Assembly (NCBI GenBank): GCA_023266115.1
Contig: JAHFRU010000003.1
Span: 65,978-129,977 of the forward strand
Source of the DNA: Gammaproteobacteria bacterium
Lineage (GTDB): Bacteria > Pseudomonadota > Gammaproteobacteria > VBWC01
DNA: 64,000 bases
Direction: 5' to 3'
Shown: positions 53,439 to 63,361 of the stretch, piece after piece
Layout: every line of letters starts with the position of its first letter
Position numbering within the stretch: position 1 is the stretch's first letter
Notes under the pieces: generated by a model
Database searches by the model: none
What the model was told of the DNA's origin: nothing
The model's input: only the letters and a program-made list of their open reading frames with translations
Position numbers and translations under genes: made by a program

Positions 53439-54344
53439 ATGCGATACATAATGAATGGTTGTCTGGTATTGCTGTTGACGTCGGCCATCTCGTGCGCGCA
53501 GGCGGCAGTGAAAGTTTTCACCTGTGAGCCGGAATGGGCGGCTTTGGTGATGGAGCTGGGTGGTGCGCAAGTCGATGTGTATGCGGCGACGAATGGTCTG
53601 CAGGATCCGCATCGCGTCGAGGCGCGCCCGAGCCTGATTGCAAAACTGCGGAACGCCGATCTGCTGGTGTGTACCGGCGGCGGGCTGGAGGCTGGCTGGC
53701 TGCCGGTGTTGTTGCGTCAGTCCGGTAACGCACATGTACAGCCGGGAACCCCCGGATATTTCGAGGCCGCGAGCCACGTGACCATGCTTGAGGTGCCGGC
53801 GACGGTGGATCGCGCGATGGGGGATGTGCATCCGGAAGGCAATCCGCATATTCATGTCGATCCACGCCGGATCGCGCGGGTTGCCGAAGCGCTTGCCGGG
53901 CAGCTGGCGGAGATCGACCGTGACCACGCGTCGCTGTATCGCCAGCGTTATGCGGATTTCTCGTCGCGCTGGCAGGCGGCCATGGTGCGTTGGGAAAAAA
54001 TTGCCGCGCCGTTGCGCGGCGCGGCCATCATCGCGCATCACAAGGACTGGGTCTATTTTGCCGACTGGCTTGGGCTGCGCGAGGTGGCGATGCTGGAACC
54101 GCTGCCGGGGTTGCCGCCGACCGTTCTGCATCTCGCAGAGCTGAAAGACCGCTACAAGGCGGGTGACGTGCTGGCGATTATTCGTACGCCCTATCAGGAC
54201 GCGAAGGGCTCCGAATGGCTGAACCGGCAGACCGGTATTCCGGCCGTTGTGCTGCCGTACAGCGTCGGCGGCACGCCGGCCGCCACCGATCTGTTCGCGT
54301 TGTTCGATGAATCGTTACGCATGTTGCTCGAGCTGAAACGGTGA
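53439..54344 (+). CDS. Metal (Zn/Mn) ABC transporter substrate-binding protein, ZnuA/TroA-like
   Basis: Signal peptide plus TroA fold with metal-ligand His (GDVHPEGNPHIHVDP); RBS AGGAG. Confidence 0.85.
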   Translation: MRYIMNGCLVLLLTSAISCAQAAVKVFTCEPEWAALVMELGGAQVDVYAATNGLQDPHRVEARPSLIAKLRNADLLVCTGGGLEAGWLPVLLRQSGNAHVQPGTPGYFEAASHVTMLEVPATVDRAMGDVHPEGNPHIHVDPRRIARVAEALAGQLAEIDRDHASLYRQRYADFSSRWQAAMVRWEKIAAPLRGAAIIAHHKDWVYFADWLGLREVAMLEPLPGLPPTVLHLAELKDRYKAGDVLAIIRTPYQDAKGSEWLNRQTGIPAVVLPYSVGGTPAATDLFALFDESLRMLLELKR

Positions 54345-55093
54345 ACGCCGCAGCGCTGGATATCGGCGTACTCGGTCCGGCATTGCTCGCCGGCTTGCTG
54401 GTGACCGCAACGCACGTGCCGCTTGGCCAGCAGGTGCTCAAACGCGGCATTATTTTCATCGACCTTGCAATTGCGCAGATCGCCGGTCTCGGTCTGATGG
54501 CAGCGTACACATTCGGCTGGGAGATCGGCGGCTGGCACATGCAGGCCACGGCATTTATCGCGGCGCTCGGCGGTGCATTGTTACTCGCCTGGACCGAGCG
54601 GCGCTGGCCACAACTGCAGGAGGCATTGATCGGCACGCTGTTCGTGCTGGCGGCAACCGGTGCCATCCTGTTGCTCAGCGCGAATCCGCACGGCGGCGAG
54701 CACTTGCGGGATCTGATGGTCGGTCAGATACTCTGGGTCAGCTATGAGCAACTCTGGCCGGTCGCGATCCTCTATGCGGTGTTGCTGGCGCTGTGGTTCG
54801 GCGGGCGCTGTTACCAGCGCACCTTGCCGTTTTACCTGATCTTCGCGCTGGCCATCACCGCGTCCGTGCAGCTGGTCGGCGTGTTTCTGGTGTTTGCCAC
54901 ACTGATTGTTCCGGCGATGTTTACCAGCCGTCTCACGAGCCAACGGTTGCTGGCGGGATACCTGTTGAGTTCGTTCGCCTATGGCGCGGGGTTGGTCGCG
55001 TCCGCGTTATCAGACCTGCCGAGCGGCGCGCTCATCGTCTGGAGCCTGGCGGTGTTGGCGGTTGCCGGCGGAATGGTGATCAGACGGACGTAG
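54341..55093 (+). CDS. Metal ABC transporter permease, ZnuB-like (ABC-3)
   Basis: 250 aa polytopic; GTG start overlapping the SBP stop codon; no cognate ATPase gene is adjacent. Confidence 0.85.
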   Translation: MNAAALDIGVLGPALLAGLLVTATHVPLGQQVLKRGIIFIDLAIAQIAGLGLMAAYTFGWEIGGWHMQATAFIAALGGALLLAWTERRWPQLQEALIGTLFVLAATGAILLLSANPHGGEHLRDLMVGQILWVSYEQLWPVAILYAVLLALWFGGRCYQRTLPFYLIFALAITASVQLVGVFLVFATLIVPAMFTSRLTSQRLLAGYLLSSFAYGAGLVASALSDLPSGALIVWSLAVLAVAGGMVIRRT

Positions 55094-55430
55094 CTGCGGC
55101 GCGGCGAAAACGGGTCATCGGATGAAACACGCGGCGACAGTGCCGGTAGCGCGGTCGGGCGGATTATCGGATCGATGCGCGCCGATGCCCGGGGTGTAAC
55201 TGTTGCGGTGATCGACGGCTGGCATCTGAACGCGTATTGTCGCTCGTCGGGGTGAACCGCGGCGGTTGACCGGGCATTGTTACCCGATGGCGCCTGTCGT
55301 TCGGTTATCCTGCGAATGTATCGGCTCCCCGGAGCCATTGAATTCCCGCCTCTTAATACTCCCTTAATGATGATCCGGTAATCTACACGGTCTCACCCAC
55401 CGCCGTGGCGTGAGGCGCCGCCGCACGGAT

Positions 55431-55458
55431 GGAACCTTTTCGAACCGGGGATCGTGTA
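55431..55458 (+). promoter_or_regulatory. Putative ECF-type promoter (GGAAC-N17-CGT) upstream of the ECF sigma gene
   Basis: GGAACCttttcgaaccggggatCGTGTAA lies 6-10 nt before the sigma ATG, implying a very short or leaderless transcript. This is a motif match only. Confidence 0.3.
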
Positions 55459-55463
55459 ATTGA

Positions 55464-56036
55464 GTGATGGGGAATATTCTGAAATTTAGTGATCGAGCGA
55501 CGGAGCGCGTGCGCTTTGAGGCGTTGTTACGTCCGCACATGGCCCGGCTGTTTAAACTGGCCTGCCGGTTCACCGGTAATGTCCCGGATGCCGAGGATCT
55601 GGTACAGGATCTGCTGATCAAGCTTTATCCGCGCTGTGTCGAGCTCGAGAAGCTCGAGCAGCCGGCGCCATGGCTGGCGCGGGTGATGTACCGGATGTGG
55701 GTCGACCAGCGGCGACGTTACCACCGGTCGCCGGTCATCTTTGCAGAGGACCTGGTTCAATTCGCGCAAGCCGATGCCGCAGTCAACCACGTTGGTGCTG
55801 TTTCGGCCGACTGTCCCGCCCAGCGCTATGAGCGCGAATATTCCCGGCGGCGGTTACAGCAGGCCCTGTACGACTTGTCAGACGATCACCGGACGGTGGT
55901 ATTGATGCACGATGTTGAAGGTTACTCGCTGAACGAAATCGGCGATATTCTGGATTGTGCCGTGGGTACGGTGAAATCGCGGCTGCACCGCGCCCGCGCC
56001 TGTCTGCGGCAATGCCTCGACGATGGAACCTTTTGA
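55464..56036 (+). CDS. ECF (sigma-70 family) RNA polymerase sigma factor
   Basis: Region 2 (DAEDLVQDLLIKLY) and region 4 (LNEIGDILDCAVGTVKSRLHRAR). Confidence 0.9.
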   Translation: MMGNILKFSDRATERVRFEALLRPHMARLFKLACRFTGNVPDAEDLVQDLLIKLYPRCVELEKLEQPAPWLARVMYRMWVDQRRRYHRSPVIFAEDLVQFAQADAAVNHVGAVSADCPAQRYEREYSRRRLQQALYDLSDDHRTVVLMHDVEGYSLNEIGDILDCAVGTVKSRLHRARACLRQCLDDGTF

Positions 56037-56073
56037 CCGGTCTGCTCGTGTTAACAGGCAGGAGGATGCAACG

Positions 56074-56751
56074 ATGAACTGTGATGCGACAATCCGCGAT
56101 CTGGACGAATTTCTGGACGGTACGCTGCACCGGGAAAGCAGTGCTTCCATTCAGCTACATGCCAACAGCTGCATGGCCTGTCGCGGTCTTCTGGAGCGCG
56201 GGCGGGCGCTGCGCGACGCGCTGCGCGATCTGCCTGTCCCGGCCGTCGATCCGGGATTCATGGAGCGTGCCTTCACGCAGGCCAGGCAGCGGCATCAGCA
56301 AAAAAGAACGCTGGCGCGCCGCTGGACCTATGGCGCTGGCGGCGCGCTGGCGGCGGGGTTGGCGCTGTTCGTGGCGACCACCATTATGTTCCCGGGCCCG
56401 GCCGACAACAGCCGCGACCTGTCGGTGATCACCGTCGCACTGGCAGACCGGGCGGATGTCCGTGTTGTGGTGCACTCGACGGCCGATCTTCAGGACGCGA
56501 CGTTTACGGTGAGCCTGCCGGATAACCTCGAGCTGAAGGGCTTTCCCGGGGCACGCGTGATCCGCTGGGATGGACGTCTCAACAAGGGCAAGAACCTGCT
56601 GGTATTGCCGGTGATTGCGCACGGACCGGTGGCAGGAGAGTTAACGACACTGGTTGAACATGAGCACAGGAGCAAGGCGTTTCGTATGAACGTGACGACT
56701 GATGGCTATATCAAATCCATCAGTACGGAACGTATCAAGGTAATGATGTAG
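56074..56751 (+). CDS. Anti-sigma factor, zf-HC2 type, single-pass membrane
   Basis: HANSCMACRGLL zinc-finger motif, TM segment GGALAAGLALFVATTIMF and a periplasmic domain; RBS AGGAGGA; overlaps the sigma gene end. Confidence 0.8.
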   Translation: MNCDATIRDLDEFLDGTLHRESSASIQLHANSCMACRGLLERGRALRDALRDLPVPAVDPGFMERAFTQARQRHQQKRTLARRWTYGAGGALAAGLALFVATTIMFPGPADNSRDLSVITVALADRADVRVVVHSTADLQDATFTVSLPDNLELKGFPGARVIRWDGRLNKGKNLLVLPVIAHGPVAGELTTLVEHEHRSKAFRMNVTTDGYIKSISTERIKVMM

Positions 56752-56770
56752 CGAGCAACAGGAGAAAGCG

Positions 56771-57238
56771 ATGAAGATTTCAAGAGCGATGTGTGTGTTG
56801 GCGACGTCCCTGGCATTTGTTGTCCCGGCGGCAAACGCCGTCGACCGGGATGATCTCGATGTAACCATGGAGGTCATGGATCACGACATGAATGCGGATG
56901 ATTTCATGAACACGATCGAGCTGCCGGAGGCAGCATCGGAACGTGCCCGCGACAGCTCGCAGAGCGGCCTGTCGACCGCCAACGAAGCGCGTGATCGCGA
57001 ACATGGTGGCGATGGTGCACGTGACGGCGACCGCGCTGATAGTCGTGACGACCACGCGTCGGGTGACGTTCGGGACGGCTCCGAAGACCGGTCTGACGAT
57101 ATTCGCAGTGCGTCAGGCGACAGGCGTGATGACTCGGCTGACCATGCCGATGGCGTCCGGGACGAGTCGGCGATCCGGGCGGACGAGATCCGGAGTAATC
57201 TCAAGGACAGCTCCGCTGATGCGCACGCTGACGACTGA
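56771..57238 (+). CDS. Secreted acidic low-complexity (D/R/S-rich) protein
   Basis: Signal peptide MKISRAMCVLATSLAFVVPAANA, then repeated RDxSxD / DGxRD units; predicted to be disordered. Confidence 0.55.
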   Translation: MKISRAMCVLATSLAFVVPAANAVDRDDLDVTMEVMDHDMNADDFMNTIELPEAASERARDSSQSGLSTANEARDREHGGDGARDGDRADSRDDHASGDVRDGSEDRSDDIRSASGDRRDDSADHADGVRDESAIRADEIRSNLKDSSADAHADD

Positions 57239-57435
57239 TTCGTGAATGTTGGTTCGTTAGCGACGTATGTCAGAGCACGTCAGCCACGACGCACAAGGCC
57301 TTTCCTCAATCGGGAAGGGCCTTGCCTGTGCCGGCCGCGGCAGTACGCCCGTTCGGAGAATGCGATCTCATAATCACCAGGGAGGAGGGCTATGCAATGC
57401 AGGCAGTCACGATATGTATTGCCCGGCCATAAAGG

Positions 57436-58761
57436 ATGTTTCAGTACACCAGTCGATTGCCACGTGTTTTCCCGGTTTTGTTGTTAGTCTTCGCGATTCA
57501 GCTCCCGCTCTGCGGAGAGGCCGCTCCGAGTAGCCTTGAGCAGGGGGTGTCCGCGCTGCGGGCGGCGGATTATCACGCCGCTGTCCGCTACCTCGAGCAG
57601 GCGCGCGCCGCCGGGATCGATACCGCCGGCCTTCATTACAATCTGGGAGTCGCCTATTACCGGCTGGAGCGCTATCGCGACGCGGAAGCGGCCTTTGCCA
57701 AAGTGGCGCGGACGCCAGAAATGGCGGCACTGGCACACTATAACCTTGGCCTGGTGGCGGCCGCACAACAGGACACGCGCAAGGCCGAACGGCTGTTTGA
57801 TCAGGCGCTGAAGGAATCGGATTCTGCAAAGCTCTCCGCGTTGGCAGCGAGTCAGCTGAAACGGATACGTCGGGAAGATCCGGTCCGCCGTAACGGTTTT
57901 CTGGAATCGTTGAGCGGTATCGTCAGCGGCGAGGTCGGATACGACGACAACGTTACGCTCGATGCCAACGACTTAAGCCTGGCGACAGGAAAAGACGATA
58001 CCTATCTGTCGCTGTTCTTGTACGGCGACGGAGTGATCGCGAAGAACCTCGATAGCACGGTGCGCGCCGACGCCAGTCTCTACTCCGTCCGATACAACGA
58101 CCTCGGCAGCTATAATCAGGATGATCTTGAGGCAGGTATCGGATTCGAGACGGCGAAATCCGGCTGGAATCTGGATGCAGGGGTCCGTCTCGGAGTGACA
58201 TATCTGGACGGCAACAACTTCACTCGCGCGGAAATAATTCGCCTGCAGGGCAGCCGCAAGCTGTCCGAACAACAGACGCTGCGACTTCGCTACGAGGTCA
58301 GAAGAATAGACGATATGGATGCGGCCTACGCCTATCTCGCCGGCTGGCGCCAACAGCTCGGTGCGGACTCCATCTGGAAGGACGGCGGCAAGCGGTTGCG
58401 TGTTGGCTATCGGCTGGAATTAAATGACCGCGAAGACCTGTTGTCGCCGCGTTTCACCAGTTACTCGCCCACCCGCCACAACCTGCGGGCGCAGGGCGTG
58501 CTTCCGGTTTCAGAGAAGCTTGATGCGGTGCTTGAACTTCAGTATCGATACAGTCGATACAACGATGCCAACGCACTGCCGGACGGAAGTTTTGTTACCC
58601 GCGAGGAGCATCGTTATCGCGCCATCGCCAAAGCCGTTTATGCGTTTAACCGCAACACGGATATGGCGTTGGAATATATCTACACGAAGAACGATGCGAA
58701 TCTTGCTGACAAGAATTACACCGATAACCAGTATTCATTGAACATATCGTATCTTTGGTGA
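57436..58761 (+). CDS. Outer-membrane protein with N-terminal TPR domain and C-terminal beta-barrel (Slam/DUF560-like architecture)
   Basis: Signal peptide; TPRs (AAVRYLEQARAAG..., HYNLGVAYYRLERYRDAEAAF..., HYNLGLVAAAQQD...); then about 290 aa of alternating beta-strands ending ...YSLNISYLW. Confidence 0.7.
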   Translation: MFQYTSRLPRVFPVLLLVFAIQLPLCGEAAPSSLEQGVSALRAADYHAAVRYLEQARAAGIDTAGLHYNLGVAYYRLERYRDAEAAFAKVARTPEMAALAHYNLGLVAAAQQDTRKAERLFDQALKESDSAKLSALAASQLKRIRREDPVRRNGFLESLSGIVSGEVGYDDNVTLDANDLSLATGKDDTYLSLFLYGDGVIAKNLDSTVRADASLYSVRYNDLGSYNQDDLEAGIGFETAKSGWNLDAGVRLGVTYLDGNNFTRAEIIRLQGSRKLSEQQTLRLRYEVRRIDDMDAAYAYLAGWRQQLGADSIWKDGGKRLRVGYRLELNDREDLLSPRFTSYSPTRHNLRAQGVLPVSEKLDAVLELQYRYSRYNDANALPDGSFVTREEHRYRAIAKAVYAFNRNTDMALEYIYTKNDANLADKNYTDNQYSLNISYLW

Positions 58762-58958
58762 TGACTGTCCGGCCAGAAACCGCTATCGAGTTCAAATGGC
58801 CCCTTTGTTGATTTTGGCCGTTTCAGCAAGATAATTTTCCGGGCGATCAAATGAAAACAGGAAGGAGAGGCTCCTTCCTGTTTCAAGGGATGGCTTCTTA
58901 ACGGCTTCGATGACACGTGTCGCGGAAATGCGGTCATCGCGCTATCGATGCCGGCTCG

Positions 58959-59253
58959 TTATCGGTGGCGGCCGCGACGATTGCGGTCGTTGGTTGTGCC
59001 ATGATGATCCGGGCCGACATCCGGACCGGTACTCGGGCCTGTGCCCGGACCAACATCCGGGCCGACATCCACACCATTGTTAGCCTTAGGAACGTTCTGA
59101 CCGTTGGCGAAGCTAAACGCGTGGCCAGTGGCGCGTGCCGGGTTCCGTCGCCTGGCCGGGCGCGCCGGCCTGCGAACCGAACGCATTACCGGCATTCGCC
59201 GTACCTACGGCAAACATCGCACAAACGCCCGCTGCAATTAACGACTTCTTCAT
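58959..59253 (-). pseudogene. Small secreted DVGP-repeat protein gene, apparently frameshifted
   Basis: Strong RBS GGAGATGA then MKKSLIAAGVCAMFAVGTANA signal peptide. The frame stops after 46 aa; the +1 frame continues ...GHAFSFANGQNVPKANNGVDVGPDVGPGTGPSTGPDVGPDHHG.... Confidence 0.4.
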
Positions 59254-60076
59254 TATCATCTCCTGATGTTTCAAAACAGTACCGCCCATCATACGGCCCC
59301 GACCCACTGACGCGGATATCCCCGTCAGAGGAACGGCGCATGTGAGCACCTGACAAGCATAACGGGGCGATCGAGACAGAATTCTTTCACCCTCCCCGTG
59401 GAATCACGGGAACCGACGCGTTAATACACCCGCTAGTGCACCGCGCAAACTCATGATCCGCGCTTGGACAAGCAATAACCACGCCCAATTACAGGTCGGT
59501 TGTCCGGTCAGTGGGTTAGTGGCTAATCGTGTCGACGCAGTGGTTGTTGTGCGCCAAAAGTGTCAAGTCTATCGACGTTTTTAGAGATACCGGTCGCGAG
59601 TATCGGCGGCGTGATTCGGATCGCAGCCGGCTGCGCCTGCTCATAAACGGCGTAGAGAGCGCAGAAATGCAATGAACACCCGGACAAAACGATTGCGGCC
59701 GCTTCAGAACGACAAAAAGGTCGCGATGTTTGCGGCGTTTGGATCGATGGCGATTATCCTGCCGGAGGCATGACGACGTTGTTCGCCATGCCTCCGGCCG
59801 ATCCGGACGGCAATCTTGCCGGACTTGATTTGATGATGTTTCGGTTCATGCCATAGAGATATCTGATATTCGCCTGTCCGTGCATCGTTGCACGATATTT
59901 CACCGACGATTCGCGTAGCGGCGCGACTGGCGTTTTCGAGTTCGCTCCGGAACACCCGCTGTAACCGTTACTCCCCCGAATAAAGCCCTGGTCCAGCGAC
60001 CCGAAACGTTGCAGAATACACCCAGGTCCGGATCACTATTCGCTGAGCCGATTGAACTCGCCGCGCCATCACGGAC

Positions 60077-60943
60077 GTGCTTTTTTTGAGACGCAACACA
60101 CAATCCGATCATCGTTCATTTGCGCTGGTGCTGGCCGGCGGCGGCGTGCGCGGCATGGCCCATGCCGGCGTGTTGCGCGCGCTGGAGTATTACGGCTGGC
60201 ACCCGAGCGCCATTGTCGGCGTATCCATGGGGGCGATCGTCGGTGCCACCTACACGCTGAATCCCCACTGGTACGAGGCGCTGGTAAACATGGACACTGA
60301 TTTTTTTCCGGAATCGACGAACGCCGGAAACGGCGACCTGCGCGAACGTGTGCGCGCGTTGCTGGCCTCCGAGCGCGCATTGCGCGAGATGATACTTGGC
60401 TGGGGCGCTGGCAGCCGCAGTGTTAAACAGGGGCAGGCGCTGCTGTCGGGCCTGACGCTGGGAAAAAATCTCGAAAGCGGCCGTGTTCCGGTTGCTGCGG
60501 TCGCGACCGACCTTTACTCCGGCGAGCGCGTGGTTTTCGAACAAGGCAACGCGGCGGAAGCGGTCTATGCGAGTGCGGCTTTGCCCGGCATATTGCCACC
60601 GCTGGTGCGCGACGGGCATATGCTGGTGGATGGCAGCTTCGTCGACAATGCGCCGATCGATATCGCGCGCGACTACGATGTCGATTTTGTCATTGCGGTC
60701 GATAGCAGCCAGATTAATGTGAACAACGGCGTTCGCAACGGGTTGCAGGCCATGCTCCGCGCGTTCGAGGTCGGTCACCGCGCGTATACCAGGTTACGGT
60801 TCAAACAGGCGGACTACGTGCTGGCGCCGGTGTTTCCGGTGACGATGGATATTCTGAGTTTCCAGCACAAACGACTCTGTATCGCGTCCGGCGTGCGTGC
60901 GGTCAGGTGTCAACACGAACAATTGCAGACGCTATTAACGTAG
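60077..60943 (+). CDS. Patatin-like phospholipase
   Basis: GGGVRG oxyanion motif, GVSMG (GxSxG) and DGS(F) catalytic Asp; GTG start. Confidence 0.85.
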   Translation: MLFLRRNTQSDHRSFALVLAGGGVRGMAHAGVLRALEYYGWHPSAIVGVSMGAIVGATYTLNPHWYEALVNMDTDFFPESTNAGNGDLRERVRALLASERALREMILGWGAGSRSVKQGQALLSGLTLGKNLESGRVPVAAVATDLYSGERVVFEQGNAAEAVYASAALPGILPPLVRDGHMLVDGSFVDNAPIDIARDYDVDFVIAVDSSQINVNNGVRNGLQAMLRAFEVGHRAYTRLRFKQADYVLAPVFPVTMDILSFQHKRLCIASGVRAVRCQHEQLQTLLT

Positions 60944-61251
60944 CGGTTTGTTCATATTTACCCTGATCCTGTTTCTATGGAGAAGCCGTGTATGGACAGG
61001 CGGCGACAACTGGTAGCCGTCGTTCGGCACGTACCGCTGTGGCGGGATTGTCGATTCCGCGGTTGATGAAATCCTGGCGGCCGCTGTGGCGCCGGGAATT
61101 GAGGTCACCAGGATATTCCTGCTCGACCCGGGCAGTCACCCCGCCGATCAGAACCGCAGTACCGGCAGCCGGCTTCTGCGGCTGACAGGTGGCAACGCGC
61201 AACAGTCCGCGTCAGTGGCTGCTTGCCCGGTGGTGATCCGGGTGGGATTAT

Positions 61252-62523
61252 TTACAGCCGCTGCGCCACGCGCTGACCTTCCCGTTCGTCGACAAAATAC
61301 AGGATCACCGCGCCGGCGACGAAAAACGCGATCAGGGACAGGATCGAGTAACGCGGGTTACCCGTGACGAGGCTGACGGAACCCATGACCGCCGGACCGA
61401 GGAAAGTGGCAAACTTTCCGATCATATTGTAAAAGCCGAAGAACTCCGCAGACTTGTCCGTCGGAATCAGGCGCGAATACAACGAGCGACTCAGCGACTG
61501 TACGCCACCCTGTACCAGGCCAATAATTGCTGCGAGTACATAAAATTCCTCTGCGGTGTTCATCTGATAGGCCCAGACGACCACGCCTATGTAGACCGCG
61601 ATACCGGCGAAGATACCCGATTTCGCGCCATAGCGTTCGCCGATGACGCCGAACGCGATGGCGGCGGGAAAGCCAACCAGCTGCGTGATCAGTAAGGCGA
61701 CGATCAGCGTGCCGGAATCAAAGCCGATCGACAGCCCGTAATCGACCGCCATGCTGATAATCGTTCCGACGCCGTCGATATACAGCCAGTATCCCGCGAG
61801 AAACAACGCGACGACCCGCAACGAACGGATATGCCGGAACGTCGCGGCCATCTGGCGCAACCCGCCGGCGATGGCATCGCGGCCCGGCGCGCCCGTGGCG
61901 GCCGGTTCCCGGACAAATACGAACAGCGGTATCGCGAATACCGCCCACCAGACAGCGACCATGAGGAACGACCATCGCACTGCCTCGCCGGCATCGCTCA
62001 GGCCGAAAAACTGCGGCGACTGTGTCATCGCAACGTTGAGCGCGAATAATATTCCGCCGCCGAGATAGCCGAGCGCGTAGCCGAACGCGGAGACAAAATC
62101 CGCTCGCGACGGTCGCGTTACGCACAGGATCAGGGAATCGTAAAAGGTGTTCGCGCCGGAAAAGCCAATGATAGCGATGACAAACAACGCCGCCGCGAAC
62201 GGCCAGTCACCCTGCGCAACGAGAGACAGCGCGCCGGTCATCACGATGCCCATCATCGTAAAAAACAGCAGAAACTTCCGGCGGTTTCCGCCGGTATCGG
62301 CAATGGCGCCGAGCAGCGGACTGGCCGCCGCGACCACGATGCCGGCAACGGAGTTTGCCAGCCCGAGATAGAACGTACTGGTCGTCACGTCAGTGCCGAG
62401 GCTCCAGTACTGTTTGAAAAATATCGGGAAAAACCCGGCCATCACGGTGGTGGCAAACGCCGAGTTCGCGAAGTCGTACATCGACCAGGCGATTACACCA
62501 CTGTTCAGAACTCTGTCGCGCAT
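61252..62523 (-). CDS. MFS transporter
   Basis: 423 aa with 12 TM segments. Confidence 0.85.
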   Translation of the reverse strand: MRDRVLNSGVIAWSMYDFANSAFATTVMAGFFPIFFKQYWSLGTDVTTSTFYLGLANSVAGIVVAAASPLLGAIADTGGNRRKFLLFFTMMGIVMTGALSLVAQGDWPFAAALFVIAIIGFSGANTFYDSLILCVTRPSRADFVSAFGYALGYLGGGILFALNVAMTQSPQFFGLSDAGEAVRWSFLMVAVWWAVFAIPLFVFVREPAATGAPGRDAIAGGLRQMAATFRHIRSLRVVALFLAGYWLYIDGVGTIISMAVDYGLSIGFDSGTLIVALLITQLVGFPAAIAFGVIGERYGAKSGIFAGIAVYIGVVVWAYQMNTAEEFYVLAAIIGLVQGGVQSLSRSLYSRLIPTDKSAEFFGFYNMIGKFATFLGPAVMGSVSLVTGNPRYSILSLIAFFVAGAVILYFVDEREGQRVAQRL

Positions 62524-62678
62524 TCAGAAGGGCCGCGACGCCCGCTGGCTTAAAAACGTTGCGTTATAATGATCCACAGTGTTTTGTCGGGTGCGTGTGC
62601 CGTTACCGTTTCGCCTGCATCGCAAGCCACTTTATCTGGCGGCTATTCTACGCGTAAAACCACAGCGAGGTGATTCTC

Positions 62679-63008
62679 ATGGGTCTGGATCAGAATACAT
62701 GCGTGCCGTGTCGCGGTGGAGTCCCGCCGCTGACGGCGGACGAAGCCGGGAAATTGCTGCAACAGACTCCCGGCTGGGAATTGCTCGACAACGTCACCAG
62801 GATTCGCCGCACGTTCCGGTTCGACAAGTTCATGTCGGCGATGGCGTTCGCACGCAAGGTCGGTGAACTGGCCGAGAAAGAAGGTCACCATCCGGATATT
62901 ACGTTTGGTTGGGGATATTGCACTGTGCTGTTCTACACGCACAAGATAAAAGGTCTGCATCAAAACGATTTTGTGATGGCAGCCAAGGTCAATGCGCTGG
63001 CGGGCTGA
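62679..63008 (+). CDS. phhB: Pterin-4a-carbinolamine dehydratase
   Basis: EGHHPD motif; RBS GAGGTGA; 109 aa. Confidence 0.9.
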   Translation: MGLDQNTCVPCRGGVPPLTADEAGKLLQQTPGWELLDNVTRIRRTFRFDKFMSAMAFARKVGELAEKEGHHPDITFGWGYCTVLFYTHKIKGLHQNDFVMAAKVNALAG

Positions 63009-63030
63009 CAGGTCGTTGCCGTATAGCCTG

Positions 63031-63058
63031 TCGGCGGTGGAACGCGCCGCCGTTTTTT
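63031..63058 (+). terminator. Intrinsic terminator after phhB
   Basis: CGGCGGUGGAACGCGCCGCCG followed by UUUUUUU. Confidence 0.65.
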
Positions 63059-63178
63059 TACGGGCCGGGTTGCACCGCGGGAAAATTGTGGCAGAACACA
63101 GCACCTGCCGGTGTTGTGTGCCGGAGCAGACCAGGGGCGACGCGTTGCAACATCCGGTTAGGGAACCTCTGATGTGTC

Positions 63179-63361
63179 GTCATTCCGGGCGGAGCGTAGC
63201 GGACGAGCCCATGGATGGGCGAGGTAGACCACGTCCGGAACCAGTGGTCGAGACCCGAAATCCAGCGCTTTCGAAACAGTGTGTTGCTGGATTCCTCGGC
63301 GGCTGTTCCCGACGCCGCCCTACCTCCTGCATCCATGCAGTCGCGCTTTCGCGGGAATGAC
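63179..63361. repeat. MITE copy B (same family as 46054-46187) inserted in the loop of a palindrome
   Basis: GTCATTCCGGGCG...CGCGGGAATGAC ends. It is flanked by AGGGAACCTCTGAT (63160-63173) and ATCAGAGGTTCCT (63375-63387), which are inverted repeats of each other. Confidence 0.55.

Noticed and set aside
57239-57435. Hairpin AAGGCCTTTCC...GGGAAGGGCCTT after the acidic protein gene
   Set aside because: Plausible attenuator or terminator but lacks a U-tract; not called.
59704-59955. 83-aa minus-strand ORF in the patatin upstream region
   Set aside because: No RBS or family similarity; region is full of palindromes; treated as non-coding.
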